64,000 bases of DNA from an uncultured cyanobacterium (lineage in GTDB: Bacteria > Cyanobacteriota > Cyanobacteriia > CAKZMO01). Shown here one piece after another: positions 49,654 through 60,322 of this stretch. Made by a program: the position numbers and the translations under genes. How positions within the stretch are numbered: the first letter of the stretch is position 1; the number at the start of each line of letters is the position of its first letter. Below the pieces are notes generated by a model. The model saw only the letters and a program-made list of their open reading frames with translations, was not told the DNA's origin and made no database searches. The DNA is taken from NCBI GenBank assembly GCA_963719515.1, contig CAVRCJ010000010.1, positions 96,001-160,000 on the forward strand. The letters run 5' to 3'.

Positions 49654-49935
49654 CTAGTCTATGGAGAACTGGCCAATGCAGAACTGGCCAATGTAGAACT
49701 GGCCAATGTAGAACTGGCCCAAATGGAATTGACCAATGTAGAACTGACCGAGGTGGAGCGGTTCGCTTCCTTCTACTAGCTTGTCCTGGGAAACTAGCCC
49801 AACGGGCTCGCCTTCAATAGGCGCAGGGGCCGCCATATCACCCGGTAAGAAGGAGCGGGCGCTAGCAGCCACTAAAGCCACTAAAAAGACCACCAGAATT
49901 AAAGCGGGAACAACATATTGACGGAATATAGACAC
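49654..49935 (-). CDS. Small conserved single-TM protein with a repeat-derived (GQFYI)n tail
   Basis: GTG start SIFRQYVVPALILVVFLVALVAASARSFLPGDMAAPAPI. Confidence 0.75.
   Translation of the reverse strand: MSIFRQYVVPALILVVFLVALVAASARSFLPGDMAAPAPIEGEPVGLVSQDKLVEGSEPLHLGQFYIGQFHLGQFYIGQFYIGQFCIGQFSID
49666..49755. repeat. 15-bp tandem repeat, six units
   Basis: gaactggccaatgca, gaactggccaatgta x2, gaactggcccaaatg, gaattgaccaatgta, gaactgaccgaggtg. Confidence 0.9.
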
Positions 49936-50439
49936 GACTCTAGCCTCAAAATACGGTAACGATAGGGTTTTTGGGTTCGTCAAACTGACTTACTGACGTG
50001 CAGACTGTCGCTAATCGAACCCCCCAGAAGGGAGTGAGTGGCTTGGTTACTCGATCTTTTCCCGAATACGGCGAAGTGTTGTGCTATTCGCTACGTAATC
50101 TTGCTTGTGTAGACAACTCTAAGCAATTACTTATGAACTTGAAAAGGATGTACCACTTACTTAACCAAAATACATCTACCGCAATATTCTGCCCTTATCC
50201 TAATCAGCATGCTTGATACGATAGTACATAGACCTGCAGAGTTTTTTGCCAAACTGCGGTCTGCAGTCCTCAGTGCTGAGGGATAGCCCTGTCCTGAGGG
50301 CTGAATCTTCGGTCGTTGCCGGCAGTGCGAAGCCTCTAACTCGCTAAAATGACGACTGTCTCCTACATTTACATCTCAGCATCCTACGTTTCAGCCTTTA
50401 GCTTAGAGTTCTGTTTATCAGTGATTTAGAGTCCGGCCT

Positions 50440-51654
50440 ATGCAGCAGTCTACCCGCTGGAATCCTTGCCGCTTTGTTAAGACGCTCGCCTACTTTGGCG
50501 CTGTCCCTATGCTTGGTGGGGCGGGATGGCTGCAGCAGCTGCTCGGTCTGCCAATGCCCCCTCTAGAGAATGGACTACAGGCAATGACAACAGACCAGAT
50601 TGTGCTCACTGCCGCCGATACCGCCATGGCTGGCCTACTGGATCAAGCGTTGGTTGAGCAGGGCTACCGGGCCTATGCATTGCCTCCCGACCGGCTCCCT
50701 GAGGCGATCGCCCAGCTTCCAGATGAGGTCAGGCGTGAAGTTGTGGGGGCTATTGGTGTAATTTCCTCAAGTGAACTCTCGCCCACGGGGCCGAGTGCGA
50801 TCGCCGACCTGCTGGCCCAGGTGCCACAGCGGCGGGTGATTTTCGACTTTCGTCAGCCTGTAGCCTTAGACTCGCTTTGGGGTCCAGTGGACGATGTGGT
50901 GATGGGGGGGGTGAGCGAGAGCCGCATTGAGAAAGTTGCCACAGGCGCGCTGTTTTCGGGCAGAGTCTCCACCGAAAACTCGGGCGGATTCGCCTCAGTC
51001 CGAACCCGCAACCTCGACCCGCTCGATCTATCGGCCTATGAAGGGATTCAGCTGCGGGTTCGGGGCGACGGCAATCGCTATAAGTTTTTGCTGCGGGACA
51101 GCGATCGCTGGGATGGGGTGGCTTACTCTGCCTCTTTCGATACCGTGCCCAATGATTGGATGACGGTGCAGATTCGATTCGATGAACTAGTGCCCGTATT
51201 TCGCGCCCGCACCCTCGAAGAGTCGGACGGCATTAACCGCCAGTCGGTGCGGGCGTTTCAGGTCATGTTAAGTAAGTTTGAGTATGACGGTGAACTCAAT
51301 CCCCGGTTTGAGCCCGGTCCGTTTGAGCTAGCGATCGAGTCGATTGAAGCGTACGGCGATGCGTCGCGGGCCGTTTGGCTAGCTCCCGGTTTGTCTGCCC
51401 CTCAAGTTCATCTAGAGCTTTCAAGTACGGTACTTCGCGTCGCGGCCATTGGCGATAATGATTCTTCTCTAATCGCGCTGACAGCGTCTGATGAACCTAG
51501 CGGCACCCTCTCCCCTACGCAGGCCGCAGAACTCTGTGTCCGAGCCCTAGAGACCCCTGCGCTGCGCTATCAGACCGTGGCGGTGCGGCTTGGGGTCGGT
51601 CAGCCTTTAGCAAACTGGCAGGGGATTCTGAAGGCTTATGCCCAGCCTGCGTAA
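50440..51654 (+). CDS. CIA30 family protein
   Basis: WGPVDDVVMGGVSES, GGFASVR, RGDGNRYKF, MLSKFEYDG.LNP. Confidence 0.9.
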   Translation: MQQSTRWNPCRFVKTLAYFGAVPMLGGAGWLQQLLGLPMPPLENGLQAMTTDQIVLTAADTAMAGLLDQALVEQGYRAYALPPDRLPEAIAQLPDEVRREVVGAIGVISSSELSPTGPSAIADLLAQVPQRRVIFDFRQPVALDSLWGPVDDVVMGGVSESRIEKVATGALFSGRVSTENSGGFASVRTRNLDPLDLSAYEGIQLRVRGDGNRYKFLLRDSDRWDGVAYSASFDTVPNDWMTVQIRFDELVPVFRARTLEESDGINRQSVRAFQVMLSKFEYDGELNPRFEPGPFELAIESIEAYGDASRAVWLAPGLSAPQVHLELSSTVLRVAAIGDNDSSLIALTASDEPSGTLSPTQAAELCVRALETPALRYQTVAVRLGVGQPLANWQGILKAYAQPA

Positions 51655-51856
51655 AATACTTTATTGTGCACTTGGTATCTGACGGCAATAGAGCGTATAA
51701 TGAGTTTTCTGAGCAGGTAAAGCTGGGTGATGAGTGCTTGGCCTTGGCGAAATGCCGGGAGTAGGCTGAAAAGCTACTTGAAGTGCCCAATGGTGAGAGG
51801 TAGCCCAAACTTTAACGCAGTATCACGAACGGAGATAGGTATCAGGAACAGCCCGC

Positions 51857-52840
51857 ATGGTGGAACAAGCAGAAAAAGAACAAGACAGCTTAACTAACAT
51901 TGGCTTCACCCACGAAGACTTTGCAGCTTTGCTCGATCAATACGACTATCACTTTAGTCCAGGCGACATTGTCGCCGGGACGGTGTTTAGTCTGGAGCCG
52001 AGGGGCGCACTGATTGATATTGGGGCTAAGACCGCTGCATACATTCCTATTCAGGAAATGTCTATCAACCGCATCGACGGTCCTGAAGAGGTGCTGCAGA
52101 CGGACGAAACGCGTGAGTTTTTCATTCTCACTGACGAGAATGAGGACGGCCAGCTAACGCTGTCAATTCGTCGCATTGAGTACATGCGCGCCTGGGAACG
52201 GGTTCGCCAACTCAAGGCCGAAGATGCGACCGTTCGCTCCGCTGTGTTTGCGACTAACCGAGGGGGTGCGCTGGTTCGCATCGAAGGGCTACGGGGCTTT
52301 ATTCCGGGGTCTCACATTAGCACTCGGAAGCCGAAGGAAGACTTGGTTGCTGAAGAGCTTCCCCTTAAGTTTCTAGAGGTGGACGAAGATCGCAATCGCC
52401 TGGTCCTAAGCCACAGGCGTGCTTTGGTTGAGCGGAAGATGAACCGTCTTGAGGTGGGCGAGGTCGTTATCGGTAACGTTCGCGGCCTTAAACCCTACGG
52501 TGCCTTTATCGACATCGGCGGCGTCAGCGGCTTGCTTCACATCTCAGAAATTTCTCACGATCACATCGACACGCCCCACAGCGTGTTTAACGTGAACGAC
52601 GAGATTAAGGTCATGATTATTGACCTTGATGCGGAGCGGGGCCGGATTTCCCTATCGACGAAGCAGCTTGAGCCTGAGCCTGGCGACATGGTCAAGAACC
52701 CAGATTTGGTCTATGACAAGGCCGAAGAGATGGCTGAAAAGTACCGCGAGCGGGTGCTGCAGCAGTCTCAGGGTTCTGATCTCAACGGAGCCTCAAGTGA
52801 AGATGAGAGCGTTGATGAGGCTGTTGCAGTTCCGGAGTAA
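51857..52840 (+). CDS. rpsA: 30S ribosomal protein S1
   Basis: GFTHEDFAALLD.YDYHF; three S1 domains. Confidence 0.97.
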   Translation: MVEQAEKEQDSLTNIGFTHEDFAALLDQYDYHFSPGDIVAGTVFSLEPRGALIDIGAKTAAYIPIQEMSINRIDGPEEVLQTDETREFFILTDENEDGQLTLSIRRIEYMRAWERVRQLKAEDATVRSAVFATNRGGALVRIEGLRGFIPGSHISTRKPKEDLVAEELPLKFLEVDEDRNRLVLSHRRALVERKMNRLEVGEVVIGNVRGLKPYGAFIDIGGVSGLLHISEISHDHIDTPHSVFNVNDEIKVMIIDLDAERGRISLSTKQLEPEPGDMVKNPDLVYDKAEEMAEKYRERVLQQSQGSDLNGASSEDESVDEAVAVPE

Positions 52841-53044
52841 ACTGCTAACGAAACAGCCTGCCAATGGAACTCGCTATATCAGCAACCTGCTAGCGCAATA
52901 GCCTGCTGGTATAGCGGACTAGCTGCTCGCACAGTGCGCTATAGGGCGCTCGCCTTTGAGAGGCTGTTGCGCCCGAGCAGCTACAGGTTCAAGACGTTTG
53001 CTGTCTTGTCTAAGAGATTGTTTGACGTCTATGGAGCTTCAGCC

Positions 53045-53833
53045 GTGATTTCGGTTCGCTGCGACCAACATAAATTTGACGATATTCGTGCCGTTCTGTT
53101 TGACAAGGACGGCACGCTTGCTGATTCCGGAAATTTTTTAGCCCGGCTGGGTCGTCGCCGGGCCCGGCTGATCGACGCGCGTATTCCCGGGGTGCAAGAG
53201 CCGTTGCTCATGGCAATGGGAATATCGGATGATGGCACTGATCCTGCTGGGCTGATGGCGGTGAGTAGCCGTTGGGAAACTGAGGTTGCCGCTGCGGCCT
53301 ACGTGGCTGAGACGGGGCGAGGCTGGCGTGAGGCTTTGACTATTGTCAGCGCCAGTTTTGCAGAAGCAGACGCTGATTGGGGGGGCAAGGCAGCCCATAC
53401 CCCTCCCTTTGGAGATGTTTCGGCCTGTCTGCAGCATTTGCGCAAGTCGGGGCTTAAGCTCGGCATCGCTTCCGCAGACACGTCGGACAACGTTAGGGAA
53501 TTTGTTGAGCATTACGGGCTGTCCTCATACTTTGACCTAGTGCTGGGAAGTGATCTGCCGCTGGGAAGTGAGGGGCAGCTGCCTACTTTTGACGGCGATC
53601 GCCAGGCGGTCAAACCAGAGGCGGCATTTTTGGAAAAGGCCTGCGACCTCTTGAAAGTAGCGCCGTCGCAGCTGCTCGTCGTTGGAGATTCGCTGGCTGA
53701 CGTCGAACTGGCGCGTCAGGCAGATACGGCAGGCTGCATTTTGATCGATCGAGGCGGGGCCGATAGTGAAGCGATCGCCGCCGCCGCCGTGACCTTACCG
53801 ACGCTGACAGCGCTGCAGGCTCACCTGAGCTAA
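53045..53833 (+). CDS. HAD family hydrolase
   Basis: VLFDKDGTLADS, IASAD, KP, VVGDS; likely GTG start at 53045. Confidence 0.9.
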   Translation: MISVRCDQHKFDDIRAVLFDKDGTLADSGNFLARLGRRRARLIDARIPGVQEPLLMAMGISDDGTDPAGLMAVSSRWETEVAAAAYVAETGRGWREALTIVSASFAEADADWGGKAAHTPPFGDVSACLQHLRKSGLKLGIASADTSDNVREFVEHYGLSSYFDLVLGSDLPLGSEGQLPTFDGDRQAVKPEAAFLEKACDLLKVAPSQLLVVGDSLADVELARQADTAGCILIDRGGADSEAIAAAAVTLPTLTALQAHLS

Positions 53834-54022
53834 ACGCTACGCTAGACTTCAGTTACAGCCCCGCATTCCTACAGCGCTAAAGCGATTAAGTGCTAGGCGA
53901 TTTATTTTCAGAGCCACGACCGGGTAGAATCAGTCAAGAATAGCGCCAGCGGTATAAGCCGTTGGGCCGATATCCGTCACGTTCGAGACTGTAAACCTTA
54001 AGTAAACTGTGAGGCCGTTTCC

Positions 54023-55282
54023 TTGCCGCGTCGTTACCTTTTTACATCCGAGTCCGTTACCGAAGGTCATCCCGATAAAATCTGTGACCAAATCTCAGAT
54101 ACGATCGTCGATGAATTATTGGCACAAGATGTCGGTAGCCGCGTTGCCGCTGAGGTTGTCGTCAATACTGGCCTTGTTCTAATTACCGGTGAAATTTCGT
54201 CATCTGCCCAGGTCAACTACGTCGATTTGGCCCGTCGCAAAATCGCTGAAATTGGCTACACCGACGCAAACAACGGGTTCTCTGCAGAGAGCTGCTCTGT
54301 GATTGTTGCCCTTGACGCCCAATCCCCCGACATTGCGCAGGGGGTTGATACCGCCCAAGAGATGCGGGAGGATTCGAGCGATGAGGCTCTCGACCGCATC
54401 GGGGCCGGCGATCAGGGGCTTATGTTTGGATTTGCCTGCAGCGAGACTCCTGAGCTGATGCCGCTGCCCATTAGCTTGTCCCACCGGGTATCCCGCAAGC
54501 TGGCGGCAGTTCGCAAAAGCGGAATGTTGCCCTATCTCCGCCCTGATGGCAAGACCCAGGTGACCATCGCCTATGAAGAGGGTCAGCCCGTCGGCATCGA
54601 TACCATCCTGGTCTCCACGCAGCACGCGCCCACCATTGAAGAGATCAGCGATGGCGCTGCCGTTCAAAACCGCATCAGAGATGACCTTTGGGAGCATGTC
54701 GTTCAACCCGTGCTGGAAGGCCTTGATGTAAAGCCCGAAACGAGCACGCGGTTTTTAGTGAATCCTACCGGAAAATTCGTCATTGGTGGCCCCCAAGGGG
54801 ATTCTGGCCTGACCGGACGCAAGATTATCGTCGATACCTACGGCGGCTACTCCCGCCACGGTGGCGGGGCTTTTTCTGGAAAAGATCCCACTAAGGTCGA
54901 CCGCAGCGCCGCCTATGCCTGTCGATATGTGGCGAAGAATATTGTGGCTGCAGGGCTGGCCGACAAGTGCGAAGTACAGCTGAGCTACGCCATTGGGGTG
55001 GCCCGTCCGGTGAGCATCCTCGTGGAAACTTTTGGCACTGGCCGCGTTGAGGATGATCACCTGCTGACGTTGGTAAAGCAGCACTTCGAGCTGCGTCCGG
55101 CGGGCATCATCCAAATGTTTAACTTGACCCGGCTTCCCCAGCAGCGCGAAGGTCGCTTCTACCAAGACGTCGCCGTCTATGGTCACTTTGGTCGGTCTGA
55201 TCTAGACCTGCCCTGGGAGAAGACCGACAAGGCCGAGAAGCTGCGTTCGGATGCGGCATCCCTGTTTGGGGCAAGAACTTAG
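54023..55282 (+). CDS. metK: S-adenosylmethionine synthetase
   Basis: [28 protein letters not shown]. Confidence 0.98.
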   Translation: MPRRYLFTSESVTEGHPDKICDQISDTIVDELLAQDVGSRVAAEVVVNTGLVLITGEISSSAQVNYVDLARRKIAEIGYTDANNGFSAESCSVIVALDAQSPDIAQGVDTAQEMREDSSDEALDRIGAGDQGLMFGFACSETPELMPLPISLSHRVSRKLAAVRKSGMLPYLRPDGKTQVTIAYEEGQPVGIDTILVSTQHAPTIEEISDGAAVQNRIRDDLWEHVVQPVLEGLDVKPETSTRFLVNPTGKFVIGGPQGDSGLTGRKIIVDTYGGYSRHGGGAFSGKDPTKVDRSAAYACRYVAKNIVAAGLADKCEVQLSYAIGVARPVSILVETFGTGRVEDDHLLTLVKQHFELRPAGIIQMFNLTRLPQQREGRFYQDVAVYGHFGRSDLDLPWEKTDKAEKLRSDAASLFGART

Positions 55283-55344
55283 CCTGGAATAAAAACCTAG
55301 CTTGGTGCTGCCCGCTTGGCGCTAAAAGTCGGCGTCGGTCCGGG

Positions 55345-55680
55345 CTAGTCCACCTGCGCCGCCAGCCAGCTGAGATAGTCCGGTGAGCCGTCCACGATGG
55401 GTAGGGCAATAATCTCGGGCACCTCATAGGTGTGTAGGCGGCGCACGAGGATTTCGATTTCAGGAAAGCGAGCCTGACGGGTTTTAATCGCCAGCTGCCA
55501 CTCTTGGGCCTGCTCCACTTTCCTTTGCCAGCGATAAAGGGACTGGATCGGGGTGATAGCAATACAGGCAGCGAGTTTTTGCTCTACTAGCGCAGAGGCG
55601 ATCGCCTCTGCGCTGGCTTTTGATGGGGTTGTGACCCAGACGATAATCAGGGACGCCGCGGGAAAACCGGGTGTGTGCAT
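55345..55680 (-). CDS. cutA: Divalent-cation tolerance protein CutA
   Basis: LVEQKLAAC, SLYRW, E..LAIKT, HTYEVPEIIALP, YLSW. Confidence 0.93.
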   Translation of the reverse strand: MHTPGFPAASLIIVWVTTPSKASAEAIASALVEQKLAACIAITPIQSLYRWQRKVEQAQEWQLAIKTRQARFPEIEILVRRLHTYEVPEIIALPIVDGSPDYLSWLAAQVD

Positions 55681-55720
55681 TGTTATTGTCTGCACCAGAA
55701 GATCTGAGCCCAATATAGCG

Positions 55721-56464
55721 TTAGGCCTGTAGCCAATGGAGCTGCGCTTCCCCTGGAGCTGCAGCCAATGCCAAGTACTGTTGGGCTCGCATCTCTGTCC
55801 TCAGCTGAGCAGTTGCGTCGTCCTGGCGAACTGACGAGGACGTTGACCTTTCCGCTGAGAAGCCATCCCCGCCGTCATTTCGATCAAGCGTAGATCTCAG
55901 CGCTGAGGGGCTGAGGCTGACGTCCCGCAGATCTAGGGTGCCGATATGGGCTCCCTTCAGATTGACGTCGGTCAAGAATGCTCCAGCGAGGCGCGCTTCA
56001 CCCAGTCGAGACGCCGCCAGATTCGCCCAGTTGAGATTGGCCTGACTGAGATCGGCGCTGCGCAAGTTGCTGCCCAGCAGATTCGCGCCGCAGAGATTTG
56101 CCCGTTGCAGCAGCGCTCCCCGCAAATTCGTATGGCTCAGATTCGCGCCGCTAAGCTCTGCGCACAGGCAATTCGACTTCACCATAAACGCACCGCTAAG
56201 ATCGGCTTTCGTCAAATTTGTGTTCTCAAGGCAGCCGTCACTCAGCTTGCTGAAGCGCAAATCAGCCCAGTTGAGAGCAGCTCCAGAGAAATTTGTGCCC
56301 GTCAGAAAGGCGCGGGATAAGAGCGCCCCTGTAAGGTTAGCGCCCGTTAGATTGACGCCGATGAGCGTGACGCCCCTTAGGTCAGCACCCTCTAGGTTGA
56401 TGCCCCTAAAGTCGCGTCGCCCTGACTCGTAGGCATTGAGTAGAAATGCAGCGTCTATGCCCAT
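55721..56464 (-). CDS. Pentapeptide repeat protein
   Basis: Y..GRRDF start and many A(D/N)Lxx repeats. Confidence 0.93.
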   Translation of the reverse strand: MGIDAAFLLNAYESGRRDFRGINLEGADLRGVTLIGVNLTGANLTGALLSRAFLTGTNFSGAALNWADLRFSKLSDGCLENTNLTKADLSGAFMVKSNCLCAELSGANLSHTNLRGALLQRANLCGANLLGSNLRSADLSQANLNWANLAASRLGEARLAGAFLTDVNLKGAHIGTLDLRDVSLSPSALRSTLDRNDGGDGFSAERSTSSSVRQDDATAQLRTEMRAQQYLALAAAPGEAQLHWLQA

Positions 56465-56641
56465 ACTTTAGTAATCTCTAGTGCTCCTGTCCCTCCCCTA
56501 CTAGACACTATGAAGCATTTCTGGATAGTTTCAGCCATCTGTAATCTAGGTTGGTTCATAGGTACAAAACAACATGTAGCGACATAGTTAGCAACGTGTG
56601 TAGGAGTGCTAGCATCAAGGTACACGTTACGTAGCATAGGT

Positions 56642-57319
56642 ATGGCACGGCGGCTTTTGTTTATCGTCCTCTGGCTGGGGCTAATCGGCTATGCGCTTGT
56701 TCTGGCCCCTCCAGATCAGCCCGACACCCTATCGCTGATTAAAAATCTGTCCTTCGGGAACTGGGGCGACATCAATCCCATCATCATTGCCCTGTTTAAC
56801 CTCATGGGGGTGTGGCCAATGCTATACAGCAGCCTCATGCTGGTGGACGGGCGATCGCAGTCGGTCCCCGCTTGGCCCTTTGTCGTCGCCTCCTTCGGCG
56901 TGGGTGCGTTTGCGGTATTGCCTTACCTAGCGCTGCGTCGTCCCAACTCAACATTTCCCGGAAACCGGGATTGGCAACTGAGGCTAGTAGATTCTCGCTG
57001 GCTCGGCGGGCTGGCGGCGATCGCCATCGTGGCTTTGGTGAGCTATGGCCTGGGCTGGGGCAACTGGGGAGCCTTTTGGGAGCAGTGGCAGACTAGCCGC
57101 TTCATCCACGTCATGAGCCTCGACTTTTGCCTGCTGTGCCTGCTGGTGCCCGCCCTGCTGGGCGATGACATGGCTCGCCGGGGCGTGGGGCCGTGGGGCT
57201 GGCTAGCCGCTGTCCTACCAATGCTGGGGCTGGCGCTCTATATTGGTTTACGTCCTCCTCTAAACTCTACAGAGACTGCGGAGAGCTTAGGCGATGGCCC
57301 ATTAGGGGCCGGTCTTTAG
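56642..57319 (+). CDS. DUF2834-like membrane protein
   Basis: LFNLMGVWP, PYLALR, SRFIHVMSLDF; multiple TMs. Confidence 0.75.
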   Translation: MARRLLFIVLWLGLIGYALVLAPPDQPDTLSLIKNLSFGNWGDINPIIIALFNLMGVWPMLYSSLMLVDGRSQSVPAWPFVVASFGVGAFAVLPYLALRRPNSTFPGNRDWQLRLVDSRWLGGLAAIAIVALVSYGLGWGNWGAFWEQWQTSRFIHVMSLDFCLLCLLVPALLGDDMARRGVGPWGWLAAVLPMLGLALYIGLRPPLNSTETAESLGDGPLGAGL

Positions 57320-57351
57320 GCTATTGCGCTTCAACCTAAACAAGCTGACCC

Positions 57352-58092
57352 ATGGAAAACACAACGGCCCAGAAAGTCTACGAGGGTAAGGCCAAAATTC
57401 TCTATACCACCGAAGACCCCGACGTTCTTCTGACCCATTTCAAGGACGACGCCACCGCTTTTAATGCCCAAAAGCGGGGCACTATTCAGGGCAAGGGCGA
57501 GATGAACTGCGCCATCTCTACCCACCTGTTTCAGCTGCTGCAGTCTCAGGGAATCGCTACTCACTGGATCGCGTCGCCCTCTCCGAACACGATGCGGGTC
57601 CGCAACGTTACAATCATTCCTCTAGAGGTGGTGGTGCGCAACTTGGCGGCGGGGAGTCTGGTGCGGGAAACAGGACTACCCGTGGGGCAGTCCCTCTCGC
57701 CGCCCCTAGTCGAGTTTTACTACAAGAGCGACGATCTGGGCGACCCCCTGCTGACCCGCGATCGCATTGCGGCACTGGCGCTGGCTTCTGAAGCGCAGGT
57801 GGCTCGGCTCGACGCTCTTGCCCGCCAGATCAATCAAGTGCTGCAGGCTTTCTTTGAGCGCTGCGGCATCGCCCTAGTTGACTTCAAGCTGGAATTTGGC
57901 ACTGACAAGAGCGGTCAGCTGCTGCTGGCAGACGAAATCAGCCCTGACACCTGCCGCCTGTGGGATCAAAGCGTTGCTGACCCCAAGCAGCGGGTGATGG
58001 ACAAAGACCGCTTCCGCCATGACCTGGGTCAGGTGGAAGCGGCCTACAAAGCCGTTATGAAGCGGGTTCTAGCTCAGCCCGCCTCGCCTTAG
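57352..58092 (+). CDS. purC: SAICAR synthetase
   Basis: YEGKAK, FKDDATAFN, VDFKLEFG, ADEISPDTCRLWD. Confidence 0.98.
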   Translation: MENTTAQKVYEGKAKILYTTEDPDVLLTHFKDDATAFNAQKRGTIQGKGEMNCAISTHLFQLLQSQGIATHWIASPSPNTMRVRNVTIIPLEVVVRNLAAGSLVRETGLPVGQSLSPPLVEFYYKSDDLGDPLLTRDRIAALALASEAQVARLDALARQINQVLQAFFERCGIALVDFKLEFGTDKSGQLLLADEISPDTCRLWDQSVADPKQRVMDKDRFRHDLGQVEAAYKAVMKRVLAQPASP

Positions 58093-58124
58093 TACTGTGC
58101 GCCGGGAAAGTGCTATGCGTTGCG

Positions 58125-59102
58125 CTATGCACTGGGAACCGACTCTTTGAGCGCCGCCAGCACCGTATCGTGAATGGCGCTGTTGCTGACCACCACGCCC
58201 TGATTGTCCACCAGCTTGGACCCCTTCGAGAAGTCGAGGGGTTTGCCGTGCATATCGGTCACGCGACCGCCGGCCTCTTCCACCACGATCACGCCTGCTG
58301 CGTGGTCCCAAATTTTCTCGCGGTAGTTGGGAGATTTGGGAGACGGCAGCCGTAGATAGAGCGCTGCTTGCCCTGCGGCCACCGCGCCGTACTTGGCCTG
58401 ACTGTCCATCTTCAGCGCGGACGCGGTGAAGCCGCAGGCGCTAGCCACCGCCTGCTGACGGCCCTGATCCCCGTGGCCGGACTCGACGCTCTCGACAAAA
58501 CGCAGGGTGGCTGTGTCATCTCCCACCACGCGAATTGACTGCTCAGCGCCGCCGCTCAGAGGCCGCATAGTTGCCCCTTCCCCCCGAACGGCGACAAACA
58601 GCAGCCCTTCTTCGCTGGCGTCGTCAAACTTGAGGGCGGGGCAGGCGAGCACGCCCACCTTGATTTCGCCTTCCTCTAGCAGCGCGATCGCCACCGCATA
58701 TTGATCATTGCGCAAAAAGCCCTTGGTGCCGTCGATGGGGTCGAGGGTCCAGAAGCGCTCAGCGGCCTGGCCGTTGCCCCGGTCGATCCAGTCCATCACG
58801 GCTCCCGGCGTCGCCTCAGGCTCGATGCCCTGAACAAACTGGGTCACCTGCTCTAGCTTTTCCTTCATCTCCAGCGATCGCAGCTGGCCCGCGTCTTCTT
58901 CGCCCACAATGGGGTCATTGGGAAAGGCCACGTCTAAGGCGTGACACACTAAAGCCTGGGCCCCATAGTCGGCGATGGTGACGGGGCTTTTGTCCTTTTT
59001 CTCGATTGCCTCGGGAGAAATTTGGTTTCGCACCTGCTGACAAAGCTTAGCTGCCGCGATCGCGGCTTCAATCGCTACGTCTTTCTCACGCTGATATGCC
59101 AT
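58125..59102 (-). CDS. 3'(2'),5'-bisphosphate nucleotidase, HAL2 type
   Basis: SPVTIADY, LDPIDGTKGFLR, DSQAKY, EKIWDHAAG. Confidence 0.92.
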   Translation of the reverse strand: MAYQREKDVAIEAAIAAAKLCQQVRNQISPEAIEKKDKSPVTIADYGAQALVCHALDVAFPNDPIVGEEDAGQLRSLEMKEKLEQVTQFVQGIEPEATPGAVMDWIDRGNGQAAERFWTLDPIDGTKGFLRNDQYAVAIALLEEGEIKVGVLACPALKFDDASEEGLLFVAVRGEGATMRPLSGGAEQSIRVVGDDTATLRFVESVESGHGDQGRQQAVASACGFTASALKMDSQAKYGAVAAGQAALYLRLPSPKSPNYREKIWDHAAGVIVVEEAGGRVTDMHGKPLDFSKGSKLVDNQGVVVSNSAIHDTVLAALKESVPSA

Positions 59103-59354
59103 AGAAATTCCTGTAATTTTATAGATCTGCTGAAAATTTACGACTTGCCTTTGCGCTTAGGCAGCACAAAGTTTGTCTACTATACCGACTTTCGTCAATC
59201 GGCCAGCCTGGACCGGCCAGCGTTAAATTGGTCGTTCTAAGTCGGTCGCTCTAAGGATGATACTTAATCTACGCGGCAAGTGATGATACCGCTGCGACAG
59301 CTTTACGCCACCTTTGCGTTGCCTTTACGCCAGCGCTGATGCCGCTTAGTCTGT

Positions 59355-60275
59355 TTAATCGTATTGGCTCATCCACTGACGCGTGCCAAAGGTGGTGCAG
59401 GCCAATGCCGCGACTTGAGCAGCCTGCTGAAGCGCTGCGATCGCCTGCGACGAGGCAAGTTCCGTCTCTTGCAGCTTTAGGTCATTGAGCGCTGACGTCA
59501 GGGCGTGGCAAAAGACCCCGTGAAAAATATCGCCTGCCCCCAGAGTATCCACGGCCTCAATGGTGGGCACGGCAATTTTCCAGCAGCGATCGCCGCGCCA
59601 ATAGAGGATCGGTTCACTCCCCCGCGTCATTGCTACGTGAGGCACCCCTAGCCGCTGAAGATAGCTCACGCTCTCTTGGGCAGTTGCGCAGCCGGGAGGC
59701 CTAAACTGGGCTGAGCAAATCGCGCAGTCGGTCCAGCGCAGCACTTGGTCAAAATTGGGCTTCCAGCTGCCGCCGTCTACCACGACGGGAATTCCCTGTG
59801 CTTGGGCCCGCTGGGCTACGGCAGCTCCAAGCGCCATCTGGTGCCCATCAATCAAAACCACGCGACAGCGCGGCAGCAGATCCATCACCTCGGCGGGAAC
59901 CTGAGCCGAGACCTGATGACGGCGGGCGTTGAGAGACACCACGGCGCGATCGCCCGTGGCGCGGGTGACTAAAATTGAGGAGACTGGGGGCGGCTCAGGA
60001 TGGGACGGCGCGAGGTCAATCAGGGTAACCTGGTGGGCTGCCAGCTCAGCCGCGACGTGCTGACTCAAAGGGTGATGACCCAGTACGCTCACCAGAACGG
60101 CGCTTTGGTTAAAATGGCGGTATGCGATCGCGGCGTTTGCGGCGGGGCCACCGGCAACGGCCAGATAGTCTGAGGCAACGAGCTTCTCGTTAGGTGCAGG
60201 CAGTCGCTCGACATGGTAGATCAAGTCGAGGGTAAGCAGTCCTACAAACAGTCCTTGACGCGGGAGTTGACTCAC
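59355..60275 (-). CDS. PfkB family carbohydrate kinase
   Basis: GGPAANAA, DGGSWK, VDTLGAGDIFHG. Confidence 0.92.
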   Translation of the reverse strand: MSQLPRQGLFVGLLTLDLIYHVERLPAPNEKLVASDYLAVAGGPAANAAIAYRHFNQSAVLVSVLGHHPLSQHVAAELAAHQVTLIDLAPSHPEPPPVSSILVTRATGDRAVVSLNARRHQVSAQVPAEVMDLLPRCRVVLIDGHQMALGAAVAQRAQAQGIPVVVDGGSWKPNFDQVLRWTDCAICSAQFRPPGCATAQESVSYLQRLGVPHVAMTRGSEPILYWRGDRCWKIAVPTIEAVDTLGAGDIFHGVFCHALTSALNDLKLQETELASSQAIAALQQAAQVAALACTTFGTRQWMSQYD

Positions 60276-60322
60276 GATTAGCGTTGTCCGGGTCTATATA
60301 CGTTGATACCAGTAGAATTTGC

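Noticed and set aside
49666..49755. CRISPR interpretation of the 15-bp repeats
   Set aside because: Too short, no spacers, in frame within a CDS.
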